From Nitrosospira multiformis ATCC 25196 (lineage in GTDB: Bacteria; Pseudomonadota; Gammaproteobacteria; Burkholderiales; Nitrosomonadaceae): DNA of 32,000 nucleotides. Location of the stretch: positions 2,460,001 through 2,492,000 of the forward strand of contig NC_007614.1 in the NCBI RefSeq assembly GCF_000196355.1. The letters run 5' to 3'. The translations under genes were made by a program, and so were the position numbers. This document shows positions 1 through 9,168 of the stretch, piece after piece (positions within the stretch are counted from its first letter, which is position 1; every line of letters begins with the position of its first letter). The notes beneath the pieces are model-generated. The model ran no database searches. It was given only the letters and a program-made list of their open reading frames with translations, and had not been told where the DNA came from.

Positions 1-317
1 GTTGAATTTGCTTCGGGAGTCCCGCCCCCGCCACAACTAGCCAAAGCCCCACTCAGCGCAATAATAAATACAATATATTCAGGCTTCATTAAATTCTCCC
101 TCTTTAAAAATCCTCAACGTGGGGCAGATTCAAGTTTGAGATGCAACACTGATGGTTGCCACGCGCAGCTCACCAAAACCCCGAAGAATACCTTATCAAG
201 AGCTCTGATCCCAGGACTTTGCGGGGTCGCCCTTGATGGTAGTGCCTCGCCTTACTGTCAGAGCAGTTCTCGCAACAGCTTTTGTAGATAACGCAGCCAC
301 AGAATCGAAGATTGGTT

Positions 318-1664
318 CTATCGCCAGTTTATACGGACCGGAATTCCACCTTTGGGTCGCAGGGTTATTGCCATCTCCATCTCGACTTCCTTTGAATCAA
401 GCAGCTGTAAATCACAGTGCTGAATTATCATGCATAGCAAAAGCTGGCTCTCCATCAATGCAAAATGACTGCCGATACAGATGCGTTCACCTGTCCCGAA
501 AGGTATGAACGAATATCTCCGGTTTTGGGATAGCAGAAATCGTTCGGGGTCAAACTGCTCCGGTTGGGGCCAAAAGTCGGCATGATGATGAAGATTGAAA
601 ATACTGAATATCGCAAGCTTGCCAGCTTTTAAAAAATAACCGTCAACCTCGGTGTCTTTACTAACTTTACGCAGCAAAAAGCTGGCAGGCGGACGGAGGC
701 GCATCGATTCACTGAGTACGGCCCTGGTATAAACAAGCTGCTGCAAATCTTCGGCATTCGGTATTTTTCCTTGTAACACCCGATCAAGTTCCTCACGCAG
801 CCGAGTGAGCACGCCTGGATGGCGAACGAGTAAATATAAAGTCCAGCTTAGTAAATTCGCAGTTGTTTCATGGCCCGCGCTAAAAATGGTAATAACTTCA
901 TCACGAACCTGCCTATCGGTCATCTTCTCACCGCTGTCGTCATCACGCACTTTTAACAGCATATCCAACAGGTCATTCTGATCCGAGGGTGCAGCGCGGC
1001 GTTGATCGATGATCCCGTAAATGACATCATCGATTATTCCCAATGCCTGCTTGAATTTTCGGTTGGCCGGAGTGGGTACATATACCGGAAGAGTCAAAGG
1101 ATTTGCGATGGTTCTAGCGGCATATCTCAATAAAATCTCCAAGGACGGCGCGATCCGTTCTATTTTGTCGAGGACACTGGTGCTGAACATGGTTTGGGTG
1201 ATGACCTCCAATGTGAGCCGCATCATTTCACCCGACAGGTTGATTTGCGCCCCTTCACCCATCTGCCGCCATCGACCCAGCATGTTATTACCTGCGGTAA
1301 CCATTTGCGGCAGCAACGTGGTTACATTACTTCTCTGAAAAACGGGCTGCATCAAGCGCCGTTGTCTTTGCCATAAATCGCCCTGACTTGTTACTAATCC
1401 CTGGCCTAAAATCAATGCCAGACCGGTTGGCTTCTCAGGATTGTAGATTTTTACAAAAACATCGCTTTGCCTGATCAAGGCTTGTTCAACCAGTTTTGGA
1501 TGGCTGAATAAATAAAATTGGCGAGCCGCCAGCCTGAAGCTGACCAAATCCCCATAATTCTGCTGCCAGTCATAAAAGGCTTGAAGGGGGCTCGCAATCA
1601 TCTGCCTTAAATTCCCCAGCAGAAACTCGCCCTTGACCTGGGGAACTGTCTTGTTATGCGCCAT
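318..1664 (-). CDS. Cytochrome P450
   Basis: 448-aa ORF; I-helix AGHETTANLLSW, ExxR (ESMRLRPP), PERF (FDPERFL), heme loop FIPFGTGERICIGSHFA. Confidence 0.95.
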   Translation of the reverse strand: MAHNKTVPQVKGEFLLGNLRQMIASPLQAFYDWQQNYGDLVSFRLAARQFYLFSHPKLVEQALIRQSDVFVKIYNPEKPTGLALILGQGLVTSQGDLWQRQRRLMQPVFQRSNVTTLLPQMVTAGNNMLGRWRQMGEGAQINLSGEMMRLTLEVITQTMFSTSVLDKIERIAPSLEILLRYAARTIANPLTLPVYVPTPANRKFKQALGIIDDVIYGIIDQRRAAPSDQNDLLDMLLKVRDDDSGEKMTDRQVRDEVITIFSAGHETTANLLSWTLYLLVRHPGVLTRLREELDRVLQGKIPNAEDLQQLVYTRAVLSESMRLRPPASFLLRKVSKDTEVDGYFLKAGKLAIFSIFNLHHHADFWPQPEQFDPERFLLSQNRRYSFIPFGTGERICIGSHFALMESQLLLCMIIQHCDLQLLDSKEVEMEMAITLRPKGGIPVRINWR

Positions 1665-2013
1665 CGTCTCCGCAGTTGGAAAGTTAATGAGGGGTTCGCC
1701 CGCCTCGATTCAGCCATGCATACCTCAATGCAATAAGCCAAACAAAACAGACCGCCTCCATTCAAGCAACAACAACCGATAGGCCGCATCCTAAATTGCT
1801 TTGTCCCTGATTACCATCCTGACTGCTGCATGGATGTTCTTTTCAATCTCTCTTGAATGCCAGGTTGCTCCTGGATGATACCAGGTCAACGCGAGCTCCT
1901 TCTCTGCGTTAAATGAGGCGGCAGCCTGCAAGCTCTATGGACGCTGCCGCTCGTGAAAGAATCAAAAGGACCAAGAGGCTGATACGACTCAACATAATAC
2001 GAAAGGAAATTTG

Positions 2014-2397
2014 ATGGCCGCAAAATTCGAAATCTACAAGGATAAGGCAGGGGAGTTTCGGTTCAGATTGAAAGCCACCAATGGACAAACCATTCTTGCC
2101 AGTGAAGGCTACAAGGCCAGGGCGGGATGCATGAATGGAGTGGAGTCTGTCCGAAAAAATGCGCCTGATGACGCCCGATATGAACGGAAAACCACTGAAA
2201 GCGGCAAATACAGGTTCAATCTCAAATCGGGCAATAATCAGGTGATTGGCACCAGCGAATCCTACGAGACGGAAAAAGCCCGGGATGGCGGAATAGAATC
2301 AGTCAAGAAAAACGCCCCCACCGCCGTCATTGCCGATATGACAGAGCCCACCGAGAAAATCGCACCCGGCACTCCCCCAGCCGGGGCAGCAGTCTGA
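2014..2397 (+). CDS. DUF1508/YegP-family protein with two tandem repeat units
   Basis: KFEIYKDKAGEFRFRLKATNGQTILASEGY... and YERKTTESGKYRFNLKSGNNQVIGTSESY... are two copies of the same ~50-aa unit. The ORF track starts at TTG 2011; ATG is at 2014, preceded by GAAAGGAAA. Confidence 0.9.
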   Translation: MAAKFEIYKDKAGEFRFRLKATNGQTILASEGYKARAGCMNGVESVRKNAPDDARYERKTTESGKYRFNLKSGNNQVIGTSESYETEKARDGGIESVKKNAPTAVIADMTEPTEKIAPGTPPAGAAV

Positions 2398-2718
2398 ATT
2401 CGGGGTTTTCAGCTTGAAGGGCTTCTGTTGAAGCCCTTCCCTTCAATCACAGGTAATCGGCGGGGCAGATCCGGTATTCCAATGGCTGCCCATCGACTGT
2501 TACAAAATCGGAGGAAAATTGGGTGGATTTCTATCCAGTATCCTTTTTCCTGCTCAGGGATTGAAACTCAGAGGAGTTTGGATTTGGCGGAGGCTTGACT
2601 CCCCGCTCGGCGCAGCAGTTCGGGGACAGTATAAGCGATAGATGCATGCGGACAGGCATACTCAACTGGCATCACCAGGAATATGCCCCGTGAGGTACGT
2701 GTAATTCTTCTCGAATAT

Positions 2719-2832
2719 CTACTCGGTAGACTGATCCGGAGCTTCCTCCCATATCTGCATGATTCCGTAAAGCACGGTCATCAACGGAGCTCCAAAAAGA
2801 GCCGGCTTCAAAAATTCAATCAACTCAATCAT
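2719..2832 (-). CDS. Candidate 37-aa small hydrophobic protein (MIELIEFLKPALFGAPLMTVLYGIMQIWEEAPDQSTE)
   Basis: ATG-to-TAG ORF read on the minus strand, below the ORF-track length cutoff; GAGGAAAAA just upstream of ATG looks like a Shine-Dalgarno sequence. Confidence 0.35.
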   Translation of the reverse strand: MIELIEFLKPALFGAPLMTVLYGIMQIWEEAPDQSTE

Positions 2833-3154
2833 TTTTTCCTCAAAGAAGGTATTCAGTTATTCCGTCCTGGAAACGACAAAACTCGCTTTGTAGCGAAGCA
2901 ACCTAGCCATATAACGTAACGGATCGATTCCGCTGCCCCCTCAGCTTTGTGATCTTTTTGTTATTTTTTTGTGAAGAATATGTTAGCGGATAACTGTTGT
3001 CAAGTTATGAAAAATGTTTTAGATAAATTCCTCAAGGGAGGGAAGAGGATGGGTTCGTCTAAACTGCTTTCTACCGGCAGAGATTGAAATTCGCGGCTTG
3101 GAGCGGGTGGTAGCAGTTCGAACGGATCGGTCGGCAATTGGATATTCTGAAATT

Positions 3155-3181
3155 AAAAGACCACCTCAAGGGTGGTCTTTT
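3155..3181. terminator. Hairpin aaaagaccacc-tcaag-ggtggtctttt, probable (bidirectional) intrinsic terminator
   Basis: Perfect 11-bp stem with 5-nt loop and A/T-flanked arms. Confidence 0.7.
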
Positions 3182-3397
3182 AACGGGTGGGGGTGGAGGT
3201 GATGGGAAAGCTACAACTGCCCCCATTCAATGTTGTTTCCTTCTGATTTTCAGAGTTTAAATCCGATCAGTTCGGGTTTCGGAATTCACTTGGGGTTCCA
3301 GGTTGGGCAGTATAAGATGATGAGGAGCGGGCTCAAGCAAACTCATTCAGTCTGTTCGATTTCTGCGTTGAAACTCCGGTGCGAATTCCTGCAATGT

Positions 3398-3862
3398 CTA
3401 CGTTTTATAACTGCCAGCCAAACTTTAAGACATCTATGAATTCCTTAGCTTATGAATAAACTTCTGAACGGCCTTGTTTTGCTGTTCCTTTGTCCCCTGA
3501 TCATTTCTAATGGATTCGAGGCACCAGAAGACTTTGTATTCAAATAACCCGGCCTTTTCGGAGTGCAAAGGAACAAACTTCTCTCCCAGGATTTCTCTTC
3601 CGTTATTAATAGTGACCTGGGGCCTCTTCCTCTCCCAACTAGCCAGCTGGCACCCGAATTCTTGAGTCTCAACGTATCTGACATCACCTATCTCATAAAC
3701 TCGTGTTACGGTTTCCTGCGGTTTGTCTTCTTGCGGTTGCGCTGGAACAACTTCATGTTTCTGTTCTTTATCAGCCATATATCTCTTTCCTCTCCCTTAG
3801 ATAAAAATAAACTTTGTTCAAACGGCTTGTTACGTCCTGCGGTATCGCCCTTCTCCATGCAA
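3398..3862. repeat. Segmental duplication copy 1 (partner approx. 6476-6942)
   Basis: Shared flanks tttataactgccagccaaactttaagacat...gaattccttagctta(t/g)gaataaa, and ...ctctccc(t/a)tagataaaa...ctttgttcaaa...ttacgtcctgcg(g/a)tatcgccct. Confidence 0.85.
3434..3778 (-). CDS. Conserved small hypothetical protein, paralog of 6525-6875
   Basis: 114-aa ORF; RVYEIGDVRYVETQEFGCQLAS...KRPQVTINNGREILGEKFVPLHS...GLFEYKVFWCL is shared with the paralog. Confidence 0.65.
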   Translation of the reverse strand: MADKEQKHEVVPAQPQEDKPQETVTRVYEIGDVRYVETQEFGCQLASWERKRPQVTINNGREILGEKFVPLHSEKAGLFEYKVFWCLESIRNDQGTKEQQNKAVQKFIHKLRNS

Positions 3863-4132
3863 GAGTATAAGAGAGTAACTTTTCAGGAGGGCAAAAATTT
3901 TCTGGTCCTGGGCATCAAGGAAGTGATTTTCTTTTTTCTTCCAAGGCTACCAGCCCTGAATAAATTCGATCCGTAGCCCCGCAATCGAAATGCGGATCGA
4001 ATCACCTTCCGGTTATTTTGCTTATCCTGTTTCACCGATTGCGCCTTTAACCATTTCCATGTAATTTCATTTCCATGAAAAAAAGCTTTTATTTTTCCTG
4101 AGCGCTTCTCACTTAGAAAGGACAATGCTGCC

Positions 4133-5632
4133 ATGTATCCAGCCCTCCAGTCTTTGAAGGCCCGGTTTGCAGAAATCGATGACCTCAGGCGGGCCGTTTC
4201 CGTGCTCCATTGGGATATGTCCACTTACATGCCTCAGGACGGAACAGCCTCCCGGGGCCGCATGATAGCCACCGTCGAAAAGGCGGCTCACGAAAAACTC
4301 ATCGACCCCGCTCTGGCCGGGCTTCTGGAGGAAACAGGGGCATTGCCCGATGCAATGCTGTCTGCAGACGAGCGAGCGTTCCTGCGCCTGGCCCGCCGGC
4401 AGTTTGTCCGCGCGTCAAAAATCCCTTCCGGTTTCAAGGCCGAATTTTTCCAGCACATGGCCGAGACCTACGAAGTTTGGGTTCAGGCACGAAAATTGAA
4501 CGATTTCAAGGTCGTGGCGCCCTTTCTGGAAAAAACCGTCGCATACTCACGAGCCCTGTCGGATTTCTTCAATGCCGGGGAAACCGCGTGGACGCACCCG
4601 ATGGATCCGCACATCGAAGACGCTGACCCTGGCATGACCACGACAGATCTCAAGACGCTTTTTGCCGACCTTCGACGTGATCTCGTACCATTGGTCCGGG
4701 AGCTGTCGTCTCGAAGCAAGCCACGAACCGATTTTTTGTCACGGGCCTGCCCCAAGTCCCGCCAAGTGGAGTTTTTGAACTGGCTTGCCAGGAATATCGG
4801 TTATGACTTCAATCGGGGGCGGCAGGACCTCACTCACCACCCGTTCATGACAAAGCTGGGCGCGGGGGATGTTCGCATCACCACCCGAATCAATGAGACG
4901 AACCTCTGTGATGGTATTTTCAGCACCATTCATGAGTGCGGGCATGCCTTTTACGAACTGGGGCTTTCCCCAAGCCAGGATGGAACTATCCTGGGTCACG
5001 GCACTTCCGCCGGAATTCACGAAAGCCAAAGCCGGCTGTGGGAAAACCAGGTTGGCCGCTCCCGGGAATTCTGGACATATTTTTATCCCCACCTGCAGGC
5101 CCACTTTTCAGAGGCTCTTGGGGATGTTTCGCTGGAAGAATTCTATTGCGGCATCAATCGCGTGGAACCATCGTTGATTCGAACCGAGGCCGATGAAGTG
5201 ACCTACAACCTCCATGTCATGATCCGCTTCGACATCGAATCGCAGCTTCTGGATGGCTCACTCCAAGTGAAGGATCTGCCAGGGGCTTGGAACGACCGGT
5301 ATGAAGCTGACCTTGGCGTACGTCCGTCGTCCGATGCTCAAGGCTGCCTTCAGGATGTGCATTGGTATTACGGAGGCGTCGGCGGAATGTTCCAAGGCTA
5401 TACGATTGGAAATCTCTTTAGCGCCCAGTGCTTCGAGGCCGCTCTTGAGGCCCATCCGGAAATTCCGGAGGCGATGATACAGGGAAATTTCAGCACCCTT
5501 CATTCGTGGCTGAAGGAAAACATTTATCAGTACGGCTCGGGTCTTTTTCCCCAAGAACTGATCCACCGCGTGACCGGTCACGACTTATCGTCGAAACCCT
5601 TCGTTGCGTACCTGAAGCGGAAATACCTGTAG
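4133..5632 (+). CDS. Carboxypeptidase Taq/M32-family metallocarboxypeptidase
   Basis: 499-aa ORF; metal motif HECGHAFYELG (HExxH), DVRITTRINETN, GTSAGIHESQSRLWENQVGRS, RVEPSLIRTEADEVTYNLHVMIRFDIE. Confidence 0.96.
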   Translation: MYPALQSLKARFAEIDDLRRAVSVLHWDMSTYMPQDGTASRGRMIATVEKAAHEKLIDPALAGLLEETGALPDAMLSADERAFLRLARRQFVRASKIPSGFKAEFFQHMAETYEVWVQARKLNDFKVVAPFLEKTVAYSRALSDFFNAGETAWTHPMDPHIEDADPGMTTTDLKTLFADLRRDLVPLVRELSSRSKPRTDFLSRACPKSRQVEFLNWLARNIGYDFNRGRQDLTHHPFMTKLGAGDVRITTRINETNLCDGIFSTIHECGHAFYELGLSPSQDGTILGHGTSAGIHESQSRLWENQVGRSREFWTYFYPHLQAHFSEALGDVSLEEFYCGINRVEPSLIRTEADEVTYNLHVMIRFDIESQLLDGSLQVKDLPGAWNDRYEADLGVRPSSDAQGCLQDVHWYYGGVGGMFQGYTIGNLFSAQCFEAALEAHPEIPEAMIQGNFSTLHSWLKENIYQYGSGLFPQELIHRVTGHDLSSKPFVAYLKRKYL

Positions 5633-5766
5633 ACACTTCCGCCCGACACGAACGCCTGGCCACCGGGCCGCTATGACTTGAACAGGCGGCGGGCATGGTT
5701 GATGAAGCAATCGCCCTGCCCGCGCAGCTTGAATGTACGTATCTGTTCCAACTCAGGAGAATCAAG

Positions 5767-6303
5767 ATGGTCAGCAAAAACACGATTTGCCTCTGGTACG
5801 ACGGCACCGCCCTGGATGCTGCGAAGTTCTACGCCGAGACGTTCCCGGACAGCGCGGTGGAGGCAGTCCACCGCGCGCCTGGCGACTTTCCTGCGGGCAA
5901 GCAGGGCGATGTCTTGACGGTGGAGTTCACGGTAATGGGTATCCCTTGTCTCGGCCTGAACGGGGGCTCAGCGTTCAAGCACAACGAAGCATTCTCGTTC
6001 CAGGTCGCGACCGACGATCAGGCCGAAACAGACCGTTTGTGGAACGCGATTGTCGGAAACGGGGGCCAGGAAAGCGTATGCGGCTGGTGCAAGGACAAGT
6101 GGGGAGTGTCATGGCAGATCACGCCACGTGCCCTGACGGCTGCGATCACAGATCCTGATCGAGCAGCGGCCAGGCGCGCATTCGAAGCCATGATGGGAAT
6201 GGGAAAGATCGACATAGCTGCCATCGAAGCAGCTCGACGGACTGACGCTCCCGATACCCAACCCATGTCGCCGCCCCTGCAAGATCAATGGTCATCAAAA
6301 TAA
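5767..6303 (+). CDS. PhnB/VOC superfamily (3-demethylubiquinone methyltransferase-like fold) protein
   Basis: SKNTICLWYDGTALDAAKFYAETFPDS...GDVLTVEFTVMGIPCLGLNGG...FSFQV..W..I..GG; C-terminal WGVSWQITPRAL. Start moved from 5695 to ATG 5767. Confidence 0.88.
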   Translation: MVSKNTICLWYDGTALDAAKFYAETFPDSAVEAVHRAPGDFPAGKQGDVLTVEFTVMGIPCLGLNGGSAFKHNEAFSFQVATDDQAETDRLWNAIVGNGGQESVCGWCKDKWGVSWQITPRALTAAITDPDRAAARRAFEAMMGMGKIDIAAIEAARRTDAPDTQPMSPPLQDQWSSK

Positions 6304-6475
6304 AAGCGCAGAGCAACAAACCCCACAGCAGATACAAATAAGCCGGCCAAGCTGAATTTCATCGATTTCGCAGGGCGGCGAGCAGATATCCGAAGATAAT
6401 GAGAAGATGTTATCGGAATGAGATCAGCGCCCAGTTTATTCGATTCTGTTTCTGGAATCGAACCGGATTCCTAAA

Positions 6476-6942
6476 ATTCACGCTTTATAACTGCCAGCCA
6501 AACTTTAAGACATTCGTGAATTCCTTAGCTTAGGAATAAATTTCTGAATAGTTGTGTTTTGCTGATCCTTCGCCCCTGATCATCTTTAACGGATTGGAGG
6601 CACCAGAAGACCTTGTATTCAAATAACCCCGACCTTTGGGAGTGCAAAGGAACAAACTTCTCCCCAAGGATTTGCCTTCCGTTATCAATAGTGACTTGGG
6701 GCCTCTTCTTCTCCCGACTAACCAGCTGGCAACCGAATTCTTGAGTCTCCACGTATCTGACGCCGCCTATTTCATAAACCCGCCTCATGGTTTCTCGCGG
6801 TTTGGTTTCTCGTGGTTGTACTGGAACAAGTTCGTGTCTTTGCTTGTTATCCGCCATATTTCCTCCCTCTCCCATAGATAAAATGCACTTTGTTCAAATG
6901 ACTATTACGTCCTGCGATATCGCCCTGTCCATGCAGATACCT
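6476..6942. repeat. Segmental duplication copy 2 (partner approx. 3398-3862)
   Basis: See copy 1; direct orientation, diverged by scattered substitutions and indels. Confidence 0.85.
6525..6875 (-). CDS. Conserved small hypothetical protein, paralog of 3434-3778 with a frameshifted C-terminus
   Basis: MADNKQRHELVPVQP...RVYEIGGVRYVETQEFGCQL...GLFEYKVFWCLQSVKDDQG matches the paralog, then diverges after a 1-nt length difference. Confidence 0.55.
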   Translation of the reverse strand: MGEGGNMADNKQRHELVPVQPRETKPRETMRRVYEIGGVRYVETQEFGCQLVSREKKRPQVTIDNGRQILGEKFVPLHSQRSGLFEYKVFWCLQSVKDDQGRRISKTQLFRNLFLS

Positions 6943-7096
6943 AATGGGCCGATGGCATAAGGATAAAGCTTCGCCGCACTAAATTAAATAATGATTTATT
7001 CGGCAAAACTTTAACGCTTTTAGAAACCCTGATGTGCTCCGTTAAAACGGGCCATTTGGGATCCAGTAAAGTTCGTTCTTCGAGAAGAGAGCGGAC

Positions 7097-7461
7097 GTGA
7101 AGAAGCGTTTTACGAATGAGCGAATTATTGGAGGCAGATGGAGGCATTCCGGTCCGGGAATTGTGACGTCAACACGGTTTTTCGAATGCCTCTTCTACAC
7201 CGACCGCGGCAGATTTGCCGGGATGCCGGTATCTGACGCAAAACGGTTGCAAGATCTTGAAGCAGAGAACGCCCAGCTCAAGAAGCTTTTAGCCGAGTCG
7301 CTTCTGGATGCTGAAGCCTTGAAGGTTGCCTTGGGTAGAAAGCATTAACTTCCACCAGCCAAGCGAGAGGCGGTGATGGGGATGTTGAGGGAATGTTGAG
7401 GAGATGTTGGAGCAGCCAGAGATTTCCGAGTGTTGCGCCTGCCTGCTTGGGGAGATATCCC
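7097..7461 (+). pseudogene. Decayed IS3-family orfA and 5' part of orfB (older IS, left fragment)
   Basis: MKKRFTNERIIG... then out of frame ..EADGGIPVREL(TGA)RQHGFSNAS.., then in frame again MPVSDAKRLQDLEAENAQLKKLLAESLLDAEALKVALGRK. orfB trace LPPAKREAVMGMLRE... Confidence 0.85.
7457..7461. repeat. 5-bp target-site duplication ATCCC (left)
   Basis: atccc immediately left of IS end tgtagtagccccc; matched by atccc at 8785-8789. Confidence 0.9.
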
Positions 7462-7499
7462 TGTAGTAGCCCCCAATTGAACCGGACACAGATGCACTG

Positions 7500-7925
7500 A
7501 TGATAGGAGATAGGCATATGCCTGGTGCTATGCATAGTGCTTCAGGTTTGGATCGTATTGAAATCGTCACCGGGATCGAGCGCCGCAGGCGCTGGAGCCT
7601 GGGTGAGAAATTAAAAGCTGTTGAGGAATCCCGCTTGCCGGGCATGAGTGTCTCGTATGTGGCGCGAAAATATGGTATTGCTCCGAGCTTGTTATTTCGC
7701 TGGAGGAAGCTCATGACTGAAGGAGGCAAGGAAGCTGTTCGTAGCGATGATGCGGTAGTGTCTGCGGCCGAGGTGAAAGAGTTGAAGAAGCGGATCCGGG
7801 AGTTGGAGCGGGTTCTGGGCAAGAAAACCCTGGAGAACGAGATTCTCACGGAAGCGGTGAAGCTTGCGCATGAAAAAAAACTGATCTCGCGCATGCCCTT
7901 GCTGCCACCGGACGATTTGCCATGA
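7500..7925 (+). CDS. IS3-family (IS2-group) transposase OrfA
   Basis: RRRRWSLGEKLKAVEESRLPGMSVSYVARKYGIAPSLLFRWRKL (HTH) followed by leucine-zipper-like ELKKRIRELERVLGKKTLENEILTEAVKLA. Confidence 0.93.
   Translation: MIGDRHMPGAMHSASGLDRIEIVTGIERRRRWSLGEKLKAVEESRLPGMSVSYVARKYGIAPSLLFRWRKLMTEGGKEAVRSDDAVVSAAEVKELKKRIRELERVLGKKTLENEILTEAVKLAHEKKLISRMPLLPPDDLP
7873..7880 (+). promoter_or_regulatory. Poly-A slippery tract (A8), candidate programmed -1 frameshift site joining OrfA to OrfB
   Basis: gcatgAAAAAAAActg; the orfB frame opens at 7874, right after a TGA at 7871-7873, so the two frames overlap across the A-run. Confidence 0.7.
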
Positions 7926-8770
7926 AGGCCATTGCAGACACCATGGGTGTGGCGCGCTCCCGTCTTGTGGAACGGATGAAGCCGCAGGAAAAGTCTTTTC
8001 GTTGCCGCTACAACAAGGCTGATGATGCCTGGCTGTTGCCCTTGATCCGCGAAATTGTGGATTGCCGCGCGACCTACGGATACAGAAGGATTTGCGCTCT
8101 CCTTAACCGCAAACTGGAGAGAATGGGCAAGCCTGCTGTCAATCACAAGCGGGTCTATCGCATCATGCGCCAGAATGGCCTGCTGCTGGCCCGATATACG
8201 GGCAAACAGCGCGTGCTGTCTCATGAAGGCAAGGTCATTACCTTGCGTTCCAATTTGCGCTGGTGTTCGGATGGTTTTGAGATTCCCTGCTGGAATGGGC
8301 AAGTAGTGCGTGTTGCCTTCGCCCTGGATTGCTGTGATCGTGAAGTCATCAGCCATGTTGCCACCACTGGCGGCATTACTGGGGAAATGGTGCGCGATCT
8401 GATGACTGAATCCGTTGAGCGGCGCTTCGGCACCGTTGACCTGCTCCCACACAGGGTGGAGTGGCTCAGCGACAATGGCAGCTGTTACACCGCCAGCGAG
8501 ACAACTGCTTTTGCAAAGGATATGGGCTTCATCAGCTGTTTTACTCCCGTCAGAAGTCCCGAATCCAACGGTATGGCCGAGGCCTTCGTCAAAACCTTCA
8601 AGCGGGATTACGTCTATGTCCATGATCGTCCCGACGCAAAAACCGTAATGGCGCAGCTTGACCAATGGTTCGAGGATTACAATGAATTCCATCCTCACAA
8701 GGGGCTGAAGATGAAGTCGCCAAGACAATTCATCCGCAGCCAGTTACTAACCGCATCCTGTCCGGTTTAA
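7922..8770 (+). CDS. IS3-family (IS2-group) transposase OrfB, DDE integrase core
   Basis: TYGYRRICALLNR, RWCSDGFEI, VEWLSDNGSCY, RSPESNGMAEAFVKTFKRDYVYVHD: intact D-D-E motifs. Confidence 0.96.
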   Translation: MKAIADTMGVARSRLVERMKPQEKSFRCRYNKADDAWLLPLIREIVDCRATYGYRRICALLNRKLERMGKPAVNHKRVYRIMRQNGLLLARYTGKQRVLSHEGKVITLRSNLRWCSDGFEIPCWNGQVVRVAFALDCCDREVISHVATTGGITGEMVRDLMTESVERRFGTVDLLPHRVEWLSDNGSCYTASETTAFAKDMGFISCFTPVRSPESNGMAEAFVKTFKRDYVYVHDRPDAKTVMAQLDQWFEDYNEFHPHKGLKMKSPRQFIRSQLLTASCPV

Positions 8771-8784
8771 TAGGGGCAACTCCA

Positions 8785-8955
8785 ATCCCGTACGGTATTG
8801 CACTACACACCCAAGGTGCGGCTGGAGAATGAGCAATTGCAAGGCCGAATGGCTGAGTTGGTCTCTGAACGCGCCGTTTCGGTTATCCCGGCAGAATTCG
8901 CCGCCGACTGCCGTCTGCATAAAGAAAGAAGCAGCTATGAAAGAGGCAGAAACTG
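8785..8955 (+). pseudogene. Decayed IS3-family orfB fragment (right part of the older, interrupted IS)
   Basis: RTVLHYTPKVRLENEQLQGRMAELVSER then frameshifted, resembling the orfB region before RRRFGYRRIH; begins with the right TSD copy (8785-8789). Confidence 0.8.
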
Positions 8956-9168
8956 ATTTTTAACTGTAGCTTTGCTAAAACACCCTTGGCACTACTACAG
9001 GAGCATATCAGTTTGTTTCCGATCCAGCTCTTGGCGTACCTGGATTCTGCTGCCGTGCCAGCTATGAATTCGCGTGCTACGGGGACAGCCGAAGAGTTGA
9101 AAAAGGAGCGCTGAATCCTGTAGCGTTTGATTTCACAGGAGGCTATGAGTTTTCAACAGCTGCCCCGA

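Larger units (their letters stand above)
7462..8784 (+). mobile_element. Complete IS3-family (IS2-group) insertion sequence, ~1323 bp
   Basis: Terminal inverted repeats TGTAGTAGCCCCC.AATTGAACCGGACA / (rc) TGGAGTTGCCCC..TATTAAACCGGACA, 5-bp TSD, orfA and orfB. Confidence 0.94.

Noticed and set aside
2683-2919. 78-aa plus-strand ORF
   Set aside because: No recognisable domain or good ribosome-binding site; the opposite strand carries a better-supported 37-aa ORF.
7289-8728. 479-aa minus-strand ORF
   Set aside because: It lies antisense to the intact IS OrfA/OrfB, which have clear DDE and HTH motifs; the antisense translation shows no recognisable family.
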